DNA of 61,925 nt, from NCBI GenBank assembly GCA_045603505.1, contig JAZUMI010000006.1:1-61925 (forward strand), given 5' to 3'. Both the position numbers and the translations under genes were made by a program. This document shows positions 46,608 through 55,543 of the stretch, piece after piece. Numbering within the stretch: position 1 is the first letter of the stretch; each line of letters starts with the position of its first letter. This stretch comes from Acutalibacteraceae bacterium. GTDB taxonomy: Bacteria; Bacillota; Clostridia; Oscillospirales; Acutalibacteraceae. The notes below the pieces were generated by a model that saw only the letters and a list, made by a program, of their open reading frames with translations, was not told the origin of the DNA and ran no database searches.

Positions 46608-48095
46608 ATGCGTAAATGCGGCGTTTTAATGCCCATTTTTTCACTTCCCTCAAACTACGGTATAGGTACTTTCGGAAAAGAGGCTTACCGTTTTGTTGAT
46701 TTTTTAAAGCTTAGCGGTCAAAGTTATTGGCAAATACTTCCGCTCAACCCCACAAACTATGGCGACTCACCCTACCAATCCTTTTCCTCTTATGCCGGTA
46801 ACCCCTATTTTATCGATATAGAAGAACTGATTAATGAGGGACTTTTAAAGACTTGCGAAGCCCAAGATACAGATTTTGGAAAAAACCCATTAAAGATTGA
46901 TTATGCAAAACTTTATGAAAACAGGCTAACATTATTACACAAGGCTTTTAAGCGTTTTACCCCCGATAACAATTATGAAAAGTTTTGTTCTGATAATAAA
47001 GATTGGCTTATACCCTACTGCCTTTTTATGTCAATTAAAAAGAAAAACAACGATTTATGTTGGAATGAATGGTCAAAAGAAGAAAAAGACTACAATCTCG
47101 CTTTAAAAAATATAAACAACTACATAAACGAGATTAACTTTTATAAATTCATTCAATATAAGTTTTTTACACAGTGGTTTTCACTTAAAGAATATGCAAA
47201 TCAAAAAGGAATTCAAATAATTGGCGATATGCCTATTTATGTTGCTTTTGACAGTGCAGATGTTTGGAGTACACCAACAGAGTTCCAACTTGATTCTGAC
47301 TTTAATCCTGTAAAAATTGCAGGGTGTCCGCCCGATGCTTTTTCGGAAGATGGCCAACTTTGGGGTAATCCTATTTACAACTGGGATGAAATGAAGAAAA
47401 ATAATTTTTCTTGGTGGAAAAAACGTTTTTCTCACGTTTTAAACTCTTACGATATAGTTCGTATTGACCACTTTCGTGGATTTGAATCCTACTTTGCAAT
47501 TCCTTTTGGCGATAAAGATGCTACAAACGGTGAATGGGAAAAAGGTCCTGATTTTTCATTTTTCCTCGCACTTCAAAATGAATTTGGCAAAAAACTCCCC
47601 ATTATTGCAGAAGACTTAGGATATATAACCCCTGAAGTTCATTCACTTCTTAAAAAAACAGGTTTCCCCGGTATGAAGGTGCTGCAGTTTGCATTTAGCG
47701 TTGATGGCGAAAGCAATTACCTACCCCACAACATTATCGATAAAAACTGTGTTATATACACAGGTACCCATGATAACGATACTAATACAGGTTGGCTTTC
47801 TACGGGTAATCAAGAGGAAATTGAATTTGCTAAAAAGTATATGAATGTAAAAGAAGACTCGGATTTTAATTGGGCTATGATAAAATTTGCTCTTATGAGT
47901 GTTGCAGATACTTGCATTCTTACAATGGCAGACCTTGTTTCTCTTGGTAGTGAGGGCAGAATAAATACACCCGCCACATTAGGAGATAACTGGACCTGGA
48001 GAATAGATGGAAACTGCATAAACGACTGGTTAGCAAAAATAACATTCGAAAACACTGCATTATATAAAAGAGAAGCAAAAAAAGAAGGTAAGTAA
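46608..48095 (+). CDS. malQ: 4-alpha-glucanotransferase (amylomaltase, GH77)
   Basis: N-terminal RKCGVLMPIFSLPSNYGIGTFG, the VRIDHFRGF catalytic region, and YTGTHDNDT. Confidence 0.9.
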   Translation: MRKCGVLMPIFSLPSNYGIGTFGKEAYRFVDFLKLSGQSYWQILPLNPTNYGDSPYQSFSSYAGNPYFIDIEELINEGLLKTCEAQDTDFGKNPLKIDYAKLYENRLTLLHKAFKRFTPDNNYEKFCSDNKDWLIPYCLFMSIKKKNNDLCWNEWSKEEKDYNLALKNINNYINEINFYKFIQYKFFTQWFSLKEYANQKGIQIIGDMPIYVAFDSADVWSTPTEFQLDSDFNPVKIAGCPPDAFSEDGQLWGNPIYNWDEMKKNNFSWWKKRFSHVLNSYDIVRIDHFRGFESYFAIPFGDKDATNGEWEKGPDFSFFLALQNEFGKKLPIIAEDLGYITPEVHSLLKKTGFPGMKVLQFAFSVDGESNYLPHNIIDKNCVIYTGTHDNDTNTGWLSTGNQEEIEFAKKYMNVKEDSDFNWAMIKFALMSVADTCILTMADLVSLGSEGRINTPATLGDNWTWRIDGNCINDWLAKITFENTALYKREAKKEGK

Positions 48096-48107
48096 TACTT
48101 ACCTTCT
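48083..48107. terminator. Shared hairpin at the converging 3' ends of malQ and the GT2 gene
   Basis: Perfect 11-bp stem AGAAGGTAAGT/ACTTACCTTCT with a 3-nt loop. The malQ stop codon lies in the loop and the GT2 stop is 2 nt beyond the stem. A and T runs flank it. Confidence 0.6.
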
Positions 48108-48108
48108 T

Positions 48109-49053
48109 TTATCTTATTTTCTTTATGTTTTCAATATTTGTTTCAGATAATATATAATGCGGTCTGTTCTTAGTTTCTGTGTATATTTTAGCAATATACT
48201 GACCTACAATTCCGATACAAAACAGTTGCAAACCACCCATAAAAAGTATAACACAAATTAGGGATGCCCAACCGGCCACAGGGTCTCCGAACATTAATCT
48301 TCTAAAGAATATGAATAACAACATTACAAACGAAACAAGCGTTGATATCATTCCAAGCCATGATGCCGCATTAAGCGGCGATTCAGAAAAGTTAACTATT
48401 CCACTAATGGCATATTTAAAAAGTTTCCAAAAACTCCATTTTGTATTACCTGCTGCACGAGGTGTATTTTCATAAGGTAACCAAAAAGTTTTAAACCCTA
48501 TCCAACCGAAAATACCCTTTGAAAAACGGTTGTTTTCGCTCATAGCAACAACTGCATCAACCATTTCTCTATTCATTAAGCGGAAATCTCTTGCACCATC
48601 AACAATATCTGCATCTGAAATTTTATTTATAAGTTTATAAAACTTCCTTGCAAACCAACTTCTGATTGGCGGTTCGCCTTCACGGTTAATTCTCCTTGTT
48701 GCTACGCTTTGATACTCTCCGTTTGCGAGAATTTTAAGCATTTCAGGAAGTAAAGACGGTGGGTCCTGCAAATCTGCATCAATAACTGCAACATAGTCCC
48801 CCTTGCAAGAGCAAAAACCGGCATACATTGCGGCTTCTTTTCCGAAATTTCTTGAAAGAGAAAGATAATACGCATTATTATCCACCTTGCAAAGTTCTTT
48901 TATTATGTTAAGTGTATTATCCTTAGAACCATCATTAACAAAAATAAGTTCATAATCACAACCAATTTGCCTTAACACCTTTACAGTTTCTTCATAGAAC
49001 TGCGGAAGAACCTCTTGTTCATTAAAGCAAGGAACAATTAAAGATAATAGCAT
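48109..49053 (-). CDS. GT2 polyprenyl-phosphate glycosyltransferase (GtrB/DPM1-like)
   Basis: LSLIVPCFNE and DADLQDPP motifs, plus two C-terminal TM helices. Confidence 0.85.
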   Translation of the reverse strand: MLLSLIVPCFNEQEVLPQFYEETVKVLRQIGCDYELIFVNDGSKDNTLNIIKELCKVDNNAYYLSLSRNFGKEAAMYAGFCSCKGDYVAVIDADLQDPPSLLPEMLKILANGEYQSVATRRINREGEPPIRSWFARKFYKLINKISDADIVDGARDFRLMNREMVDAVVAMSENNRFSKGIFGWIGFKTFWLPYENTPRAAGNTKWSFWKLFKYAISGIVNFSESPLNAASWLGMISTLVSFVMLLFIFFRRLMFGDPVAGWASLICVILFMGGLQLFCIGIVGQYIAKIYTETKNRPHYILSETNIENIKKIR

Positions 49054-49114
49054 ACTTTCACCCTCCTTTTACATTAACACAGTAATTATACCAAAATCAA
49101 TACTGTTTTTCAAC

Positions 49115-49150
49115 ACAAAAAAACAGAGTTTCTAAAAAGAAACTCTGTTT
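49115..49150 (-). terminator. Rho-independent terminator after rplL
   Basis: 10-bp stem CAGAGTTTCT/AGAAACTCTG with a 4-nt loop and a T-run on the minus strand. Confidence 0.85.
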
Positions 49151-49167
49151 TATCTTGTCTACTTAAA

Positions 49168-49545
49168 TTACTTAAGTTCAACAGTTGCGCCAACCTCTGT
49201 GAGCTTAGCTTTGATTTCTTCAGCTTCTTCCTTGCTTGCAGCTTCCTTAAGAGTCTTAGGAGCGCCATCAACAAGAGCCTTTGCTTCAGCAAGGCCAAGG
49301 CCTGTGATTTCACGAACTGCCTTGATAACCTTAATCTTCTCTGCGCCTGCGTTAGCAAGAACAACGTCAAACTCTGTCTTCTCTTCAGCTGCTGCTGCCC
49401 CGCCTGCTGCGGGAGCTGCTACTGCAACTGCTGCTGCAGCGGATACGCCGAATTCTTCTTCAACTGCTTTAACGAGCTCTGAAAGCTCAAGTACTGTAAG
49501 AGTTTTTAACTCTTCAATCATAGCTGTAATTTTCTCTGATGCCAT
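49168..49545 (-). CDS. rplL: 50S ribosomal protein L7/L12
   Basis: [34 protein letters not shown]..., Ala-rich hinge, C-terminal domain. GGAGGA lies 7 nt upstream of the 49545 ATG. Confidence 0.95.
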   Translation of the reverse strand: MASEKITAMIEELKTLTVLELSELVKAVEEEFGVSAAAAVAVAAPAAGGAAAAEEKTEFDVVLANAGAEKIKVIKAVREITGLGLAEAKALVDGAPKTLKEAASKEEAEEIKAKLTEVGATVELK

Positions 49546-49605
49546 TTTATTTTCCTCCAAAATTGTTTTTTTATTTTTATTTAATGTAGTTTTTTGCAGA
49601 TTTAA

Positions 49606-50112
49606 TTATTCTGCAGCCTCTTCGCCCTTATCAACGATTGCCTGTACGGCACGAGCGAAAGCAGCGATAGGTGCCTGGAAAGCACTGAGCACTGTTGCAA
49701 GAAGAACTTCCTTGGTGGGAAGGTTTGCGAGTGCTTTAATGGTTTCGATATCTACTACCTTACCATCAAGGAAACCGCCCTTGATATTGAAATTCTCGTG
49801 TGATTCAGCACACTTGTTGAGAATTCTTGCAGCAGCAGTATAATCTTCATTTGAAAGTGCAATAGAAGTTGTTCCCTCGAGAACTGACTGAAGTTCTGCT
49901 AAATCAGTACCTTCAATAGCACGACCTAAAATGGTGTTCTTTACAACGAAATAATCAACACCTGCTTCACGCAACTCTTTACGGAGTGCAGTATCATCAG
50001 CAACATTGATACCCTTGTAATCTACGATAACACCTGTAACAGCTGTTGAAATCTTTTCTTTGAGAAGCTCAACCTGTTTTTGTTTTTCCTGTAACACTAC
50101 AGCATTCGGCAT
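49606..50112 (-). CDS. rplJ: 50S ribosomal protein L10
   Basis: MPNAVVLQEKQKQVELLKEKI... with GGAGGTG upstream. The ORF-track N-terminal extension is leader sequence. Confidence 0.95.
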   Translation of the reverse strand: MPNAVVLQEKQKQVELLKEKISTAVTGVIVDYKGINVADDTALRKELREAGVDYFVVKNTILGRAIEGTDLAELQSVLEGTTSIALSNEDYTAAARILNKCAESHENFNIKGGFLDGKVVDIETIKALANLPTKEVLLATVLSAFQAPIAAFARAVQAIVDKGEEAAE

Positions 50113-50250
50113 TAATTTCACCTCCGAATAAAAAATTAAACCCATCCGTAAACACAGATGGGCATAAAAACACAAATCAGTTTTTAGCGCACACCTCGGT
50201 AGGCGATAAACTTACGGCTATAGAGCCACCTACTGTCTACGGAATTGCAA
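50113..50250 (-). promoter_or_regulatory. rplJ 5' leader with terminator-like hairpin (L10-leader-type autoregulatory attenuator)
   Basis: The ~140-nt untranslated leader contains paired segments (GTAGGTGG... / ...CGCCTACC) and then CCCATCTGTGTTTACGGATGGG followed by TTTAATTTTTT, just before the rplJ RBS. This matches the architecture of the Firmicutes L10 leader. Confidence 0.6.
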
Positions 50251-50257
50251 CATACCA

Positions 50258-50286
50258 ATTATATACTACACTTTTTGTTTTGTCAA
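50258..50286 (-). promoter_or_regulatory. Sigma-A promoter of rplJ-rplL
   Basis: The minus strand reads TTGACA - 17 nt - TATAAT. Confidence 0.7.
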
Positions 50287-50294
50287 GAAGAAAT

Positions 50295-51068
50295 TCATAT
50301 ATTTTTCAAAAAATTATACGACTTCGCGATTTCCTCATATTCTTTATACGCATATTTATACACTTCAGTTATATAACTTCCCTTATATCCTTTAGATTTT
50401 GTGTAATCGAAAAAGTTTTTAAAATCAAAACCTCCGTTTCCGGGAAGCATACAATCCGATGCTACAGTATGGTCGCTTATATGATAATGTCTTATATTAT
50501 CCGAAAACTCTTCTATCAACTCTAAAGGACTATAACCACATCTTATTGACTGTTTTATATCAAGACAAAAATGTGCATCATTTCCTAAAATGTCAACCAT
50601 ACTCTGCATAAATTCTTTATTACACGCACGAAACCTAACTACATTTTCCTGTAAAACAGTAACACCGTTTTTTTGCGTTTCTCGGTTTATCTCAAAATAA
50701 CGTTCACAGTACTCCTCATCACTTAAGATTCCGTTAGGTTTTCCGCCGTGCATTATAATGTACTTCGCACCGAGCCTCGCAGCAATTTCAGAATAACGCG
50801 CGTAAGTGTTAAGGCCTTCTCTAAACCTTCTCTCATAATTAGAAAAAAAGACAAAAGACTCCGCAAGTGACATTGTTGGATGAACAGACACAATATTAAT
50901 TTTATACTCTTCTTTTATATCTTCAAGTATATCAATAAAACTTTCTTTGAGTTCACAGTCTGCATTAAAGAAAATTTCGGTTGTATCAATACCCATTTTC
51001 CCTACTTCTTCAAGCGCAAGTTCGGTTTCAAGCGGATAAAAACAAGCGGTTGAAACGCCTATACTCAT
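50295..51068 (-). CDS. Sugar phosphate isomerase/epimerase family protein (xylose-isomerase-like TIM barrel)
   Basis: 257 aa with the alternating pattern of the AP-endonuclease-2/TIM-barrel family (IIMHGG, HISDH). Function unknown. Confidence 0.55.
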   Translation of the reverse strand: MSIGVSTACFYPLETELALEEVGKMGIDTTEIFFNADCELKESFIDILEDIKEEYKINIVSVHPTMSLAESFVFFSNYERRFREGLNTYARYSEIAARLGAKYIIMHGGKPNGILSDEEYCERYFEINRETQKNGVTVLQENVVRFRACNKEFMQSMVDILGNDAHFCLDIKQSIRCGYSPLELIEEFSDNIRHYHISDHTVASDCMLPGNGGFDFKNFFDYTKSKGYKGSYITEVYKYAYKEYEEIAKSYNFLKNI

Positions 51069-52756
51069 TTTGCCACCTCCGGTGTTACAAAAACAGTTTT
51101 ATTTGTGGTGTAAATAACCATACCGGGTTTTGCACCGTTTGGTTTTTTTACATATTTTATGGGTGTATAATCAACTGCTACATTAGAGGAAGATGCCGCT
51201 TTGGAATTCTTTGCCGCAAGGGTTGCTGCAAACTCTATAGTTTCATCGCTCACTTCTCCACCGCCGCAGAAAACTACCACATGGCTTCCTGCCATATTCT
51301 TGACATGAAACCACAAATCATTCTTTGATGCAAGTTTACAGGTTATATAGTCGTTTTGTAGATTGTTTTTTCCAACAATTATTTTATATCCTTCTACCGA
51401 AGTGTACTCATTATATTCCGCTTGGAATTTAACACGCTTACCAACACCTTTTTGTGCTCGCACATATCCCGAAAGCGTTAATTCTTCCCTAATTTCCCTA
51501 ATTTCAGAAACGGTTGTGGAGCGGGAAATATTATCTGCTACCGAATCAAGATAATTAAGTTCCTCTTCATCGGCTTCAATAAGTTTTGAAAGTGTTTGTT
51601 CTGCGGTGTAAGATTTTTTATATTCCTTGAAATATTTTGCTGCATTAGCGCTTGGCGATATTGCAGAATTAAGCGGAATTCTGATAAGGCTAAGATTTTC
51701 ATCGTAATAGTTCTGAACATCTGCAAAACTGCTTCCGTTTTCTATCATATATAGGTTTGCCTTTAAAAGTTCACCGTAAATTCTATATTTTTCGCGGTCC
51801 TTACACTTTTCAAGCTCTAAAATACGAAGATTTCGCTTCTTTTCTACCCTTGAACGCGCATTATTAACAGTTTTTATAATATCGTTTGCCGCTTGGTTTA
51901 TGAGCGCACACACCTGTTTTTCCTTATAAAAATCATCAAGCAGTTTTGAAAAACTTTCTTTTTCCACACATTTCCTTACACCACTATACTGTTCAATCGG
52001 CATATAGGAAAAATCAGTTTTTTCACCGTTTAATGCTTCTAATATGACAGGCTTTGCGTTTACCATAAGCGCATCTTTAAACCATCTTAGAGCAACTTTT
52101 ATATCTAGGCTATTCACAAATTTATATTCAATTTCTCTTGCAACTAAGGGCGAAACACCCTCAATAACATCTAAAATTGCTTTATTAAGAGGGATTTCTC
52201 CTCTTTTTTTAATAGCATTTTCTAATATATCGACATTTTCGTTGAGCGGATTAAGTTTACCAAGTCCTTGAGGATATTCATATTTTGCACCCGGCTGAAC
52301 AAAGCGTGCAGATGTTTCGATATCACTTCTGCGCATACTGTCAATAATCCTACCCTCTTCATTCACAAGCACAAGATTAGCGCTGTTTCCTATAAGTTCA
52401 CAAATAAGGCGCAACTGTGCCTTATCGCCCATTTCATTCGTAGCAGAAAAAATGAGTTCAATAACACGTTCAAGCCCATTTTGAATAATATCTATGAGTT
52501 TAGCTGAAGAAAGGTGTTTTCGCATAAGCATACAAAACATCGGTGGAGTTTCGGGGTTTTCGTATTTTTCTTCTGTGAAATGAATTCTTGCCGAACCACT
52601 TCTTATCGAAATAAAAAGGCGCTTTGCAAACCCTTTTTTGCGCAACAAAAACACCAACTCATCACGTGAAGGTTGGTGAATTTTATCTATATGGCATTCT
52701 GTTGCTGACTTTAATTCCTCACACAATTGGTAAAGAAAACCTCCATCAAGTGCCAC
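51065..52756 (-). CDS. rqcH: Ribosome quality-control protein RqcH (NFACT family, FbpA-like)
   Basis: N-terminal ALDGGFLYQLCEEL and C-terminal NFACT-R (WFHVKNMAGSHVVV). GTG start at 52756 with GGAGGA 8 nt upstream. It overlaps the trmK stop. Confidence 0.85.
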   Translation of the reverse strand: MALDGGFLYQLCEELKSATECHIDKIHQPSRDELVFLLRKKGFAKRLFISIRSGSARIHFTEEKYENPETPPMFCMLMRKHLSSAKLIDIIQNGLERVIELIFSATNEMGDKAQLRLICELIGNSANLVLVNEEGRIIDSMRRSDIETSARFVQPGAKYEYPQGLGKLNPLNENVDILENAIKKRGEIPLNKAILDVIEGVSPLVAREIEYKFVNSLDIKVALRWFKDALMVNAKPVILEALNGEKTDFSYMPIEQYSGVRKCVEKESFSKLLDDFYKEKQVCALINQAANDIIKTVNNARSRVEKKRNLRILELEKCKDREKYRIYGELLKANLYMIENGSSFADVQNYYDENLSLIRIPLNSAISPSANAAKYFKEYKKSYTAEQTLSKLIEADEEELNYLDSVADNISRSTTVSEIREIREELTLSGYVRAQKGVGKRVKFQAEYNEYTSVEGYKIIVGKNNLQNDYITCKLASKNDLWFHVKNMAGSHVVVFCGGGEVSDETIEFAATLAAKNSKAASSSNVAVDYTPIKYVKKPNGAKPGMVIYTTNKTVFVTPEVAK

Positions 52757-53426
52757 TAAGCATTTCCTCCAGGGTTTCAACAATTCTTTTATAGTAAATA
52801 TATTGCTCTTGCTCTGTTTCAATATTTTTTAGAGCATCGGCGCACTGTTTACAACGTTTATATTGTTTTTCTATATACTGTTTTCCGTAAATATCCTTAA
52901 TATCTACCTTACCTATGTAATAAAATGAGGGTTCACGCTCAGTTTTTACTCCAATAAAAAAGGCAGAAATGACGGAATAAATTTTTCCGTTTTCAACAAG
53001 CGTTTTTTCTTCTATTATTTCAAAGCCATTTAAATATAGATACTCTCTAAGTATTTCGGGCGATGTCATCGGTTGTAAAATAAGATGTATTTTTTCATCT
53101 TTAATCCATTCACATCGGTCAATTATCCCTGATATGACTTCTCCTCCCATACCCGCAATAATAACCGTATCCGCTTCACCTTGTTTCACACTAAAAAGTC
53201 CGTCACAAAGACGCAATTCAATGTTTTTTTCACCGCTTTGCAAAACGTTATTCTTTGCATTTTCAAGAGGTTTCTCTTTTATATCGGTTGCGATAACACG
53301 CTGTGCTTTTCCTGTTTTCGAAAGATAAAGAGGTAGGTATGCGTGGTCAGTCCCAACATCACAAACACAAGCCTCTTTTTTAACAAAAGAGGCTATGAGT
53401 TTTAAACGTTCACTTATATTTTGCAT
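52746..53426 (-). CDS. trmK: tRNA (adenine22-N1)-methyltransferase
   Basis: DVGTDHAYLPLYL and IAGMGG motifs. Confidence 0.8.
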   Translation of the reverse strand: MQNISERLKLIASFVKKEACVCDVGTDHAYLPLYLSKTGKAQRVIATDIKEKPLENAKNNVLQSGEKNIELRLCDGLFSVKQGEADTVIIAGMGGEVISGIIDRCEWIKDEKIHLILQPMTSPEILREYLYLNGFEIIEEKTLVENGKIYSVISAFFIGVKTEREPSFYYIGKVDIKDIYGKQYIEKQYKRCKQCADALKNIETEQEQYIYYKRIVETLEEMLSGT

Positions 53427-53626
53427 TATTTATTTTCAAAATGCTTATTGAGTTTAGCAAGAAGTTCATCGCAATCGGTACCGTGAACTGCACATGCCTG
53501 TTCAATAGTTTCTCCCCTTGATGCAGGGCATCCAAGACAATGCATACCTATTGCAAAGAAATACTCTGCTGCGCTATTATCCATATCAAGAACATCGCCT
53601 ATTACCATATCTTTTGTAATTTTCAT
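53426..53626 (-). CDS. DUF1858 (hybrid-cluster-protein-associated redox disulfide) domain protein
   Basis: 66 aa; AIGMHCLGCPASRGETIEQACAVHG. Confidence 0.7.
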   Translation of the reverse strand: MKITKDMVIGDVLDMDNSAAEYFFAIGMHCLGCPASRGETIEQACAVHGTDCDELLAKLNKHFENK

Positions 53627-53650
53627 ATTTTATTCTCCTTTTATTTCTTA

Positions 53651-54628
53651 TTATCGTAAAAACAAATCAATTTTTACATCTAATTTTTTTCTTCCATGAT
53701 TATAAAGTTTGCGATTATCAAGCGCCCATAGTCTGCCTGAAAAATCATTTTCTGCCGTACCAGATACTGCTTCGTGCATTTCAAATATACGCGAATCAAG
53801 AAGGTCCAGTTCAGATAAAACTTCTGCCTCAACAAACATTGGTCTTACTGCGGCACCGAATTCGGGTTCGCCGTGATGAGAAAGCACCATATGTTCAAGT
53901 AGCATTGCAGTTTGATTGCTAATTTCAAGTTCTTGTGCATATTTTCTTATTTTCATCGCACCCATTGCAAGATGCCCGATAAGATTTCCCCTAACAGAAT
54001 ATCCCGAAGCAATACCCGTTTCTGAGACCTCAAACTCCTCAAGTTTTGAAATATCGTGAAGCATAGCCCCTGCAATAAGAAGTTCTTCATCAATGAACGG
54101 ATACACACGTGCAACAAGTTGTGCAAGTCTTACAATAGAAAGTGTATGCATAAGAAGTCCGCCGCGAAGCGCATGATGAAGTTTAAATGCGGCAGGCCAA
54201 TAAAGGAGAGCCGTTCGGTTATCTTCGTAAATCTTCTTTACGATTTTTTTAAGCTCTTCATCCTTGAACTCTTCAACGATATACATCAGTTCGTTATACA
54301 TCTGTTCGCCCGTATACTCTGCCGACTGAACAAACTGCTCAATACGAACCCCATCATTATCATTTGCTTTACGAATTCGTTCTATACGAAGTTGGTCTGC
54401 CCCATTATACTGAGAAATACTTCCTCGCACCTTAACTAAATCATTGGCCTGATATTCACCGTAAATTTCTTTTGAATATCGCCACAACTTACCGTTAATC
54501 TCTCCAGTGTTATCTCCAAGAGTTATATCGAGATATGTATCTCCCTTAGAAGAAGTTTTTACATCTACAGATTTGATAATACAAAAACCTTCTACAAGAC
54601 CACTATTATCAATTGGTGTAAAATTCAT
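53651..54628 (-). CDS. yhaM: 3'-5' exoribonuclease YhaM (OB fold plus HD domain)
   Basis: N-terminal OB fold (GDTYLDITLGDNTGEINGKLW), HD motif MLHDISK, and SHHGEPEFGA. Confidence 0.8.
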   Translation of the reverse strand: MNFTPIDNSGLVEGFCIIKSVDVKTSSKGDTYLDITLGDNTGEINGKLWRYSKEIYGEYQANDLVKVRGSISQYNGADQLRIERIRKANDNDGVRIEQFVQSAEYTGEQMYNELMYIVEEFKDEELKKIVKKIYEDNRTALLYWPAAFKLHHALRGGLLMHTLSIVRLAQLVARVYPFIDEELLIAGAMLHDISKLEEFEVSETGIASGYSVRGNLIGHLAMGAMKIRKYAQELEISNQTAMLLEHMVLSHHGEPEFGAAVRPMFVEAEVLSELDLLDSRIFEMHEAVSGTAENDFSGRLWALDNRKLYNHGRKKLDVKIDLFLR

Positions 54629-54803
54629 TTTTTTACCTCCAAAATATTGCTTTATTTATATTATACAATGTATTAAAAATCAAATCAAGTTATATTGCTA
54701 TAAAAATTGTATAAACTGAATATATTTTGAGTAGTAAATAATAACAAATTTAAAAAATTTTTCAAATATATGGGAAAAAACTATTTACTTTTTTTTTTAG
54801 CAA

Positions 54804-54812
54804 TGATATAAT
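54804..54812 (+). promoter_or_regulatory. Extended -10 promoter element for the secreted repeat protein gene
   Basis: TGATATAAT, with a weak -35 (TTTACT) 17 nt upstream. GGAGGA RBS at 54832. Confidence 0.45.
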
Positions 54813-54845
54813 CTTTGTATAAAAGTTATTTGGAGGATTATACCT

Positions 54846-55448
54846 ATGAAAAAGTTTATTGCTTTACTTCTTTCGATTTTATTATTAGTTTCTTTCTCGG
54901 TTACAGCTTTTGCAAGCAAGAGTCCTGTTGCTAAGCCTGTTTTCAATGTAACAATTATTAACGGTGCTAATGCAGACCCTGTTGTTTCAACACAGGATGG
55001 AACCGATAACCTCATTATTGAATCTAAACCTGAAAATGGTAAGTTTGATGAGTGGGTTATCTATAAGGCAGACGGTGTAACAATTGCTATTGAAGGCGTT
55101 GATTACAAGGTTGTTGAAGGTTCTCTAACCGATGACAAATTAGTTATAACTCCTCTTGTTGAACTCGTTATCTGCGGTAACTACAACGGTGTTGTAACAA
55201 AGCCTATCATCCCCGAAGATGATAAGAAACCCGAAGATGATAAGGAAACAGAAGACGATAAGAAACCCGAAACAGATACCAAACCTGGAACAGATGCAAA
55301 GCCTGAAACTGATAAGGCTCCAAGCACAGATAAGGATGAATCAAACAAAGCTCCTCAAACAAGCGATAATCTTTCAACCGCTCTTTCAGTAGTTATGATT
55401 GCTGCTCTCGGATTTGCAGTGGTTTCTAAAAAGAAAATTTCTGAATAA
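54846..55448 (+). CDS. Secreted acidic Pro/Lys/Asp/Thr-repeat surface protein with a C-terminal anchor
   Basis: Signal peptide ending AFA, a ~110-aa globular region, KPEDDK-type repeats, then APQTSDN plus a hydrophobic helix plus KKKISE. Confidence 0.7.
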   Translation: MKKFIALLLSILLLVSFSVTAFASKSPVAKPVFNVTIINGANADPVVSTQDGTDNLIIESKPENGKFDEWVIYKADGVTIAIEGVDYKVVEGSLTDDKLVITPLVELVICGNYNGVVTKPIIPEDDKKPEDDKETEDDKKPETDTKPGTDAKPETDKAPSTDKDESNKAPQTSDNLSTALSVVMIAALGFAVVSKKKISE

Positions 55449-55460
55449 TTAAAAAAATTT

Positions 55461-55492
55461 AAGAGCATCGGTTATTCCGATGCTCTTTTTTT
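55461..55492. terminator. Bidirectional terminator between the surface-protein gene and fhs
   Basis: 11-bp stem AAGAGCATCGG/CCGATGCTCTT with a T-run downstream on the plus strand and an A-run upstream. Confidence 0.8.
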
Positions 55493-55543
55493 GTATAAAT
55501 AATGAAGCACCCAATTAAAAAATATCGGGTGCTTTATATTATT

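Noticed and set aside
49199-49843. 214-aa plus-strand ORF with Ala/Ser/Thr-rich low-complexity sequence
   Set aside because: It is antisense to rplL and rplJ. Its composition is the mirror image of the Ala/Glu/Lys-rich L7/L12 hinge. It has no RBS and overlaps two certain genes.
55505-55534. Second hairpin (AAGCACCC ... GGGTGCTT) downstream of fhs
   Set aside because: It has a 14-nt AT-rich loop and no convincing T-tract on the fhs strand. The neighbouring 55461-55492 hairpin already explains termination in both directions.
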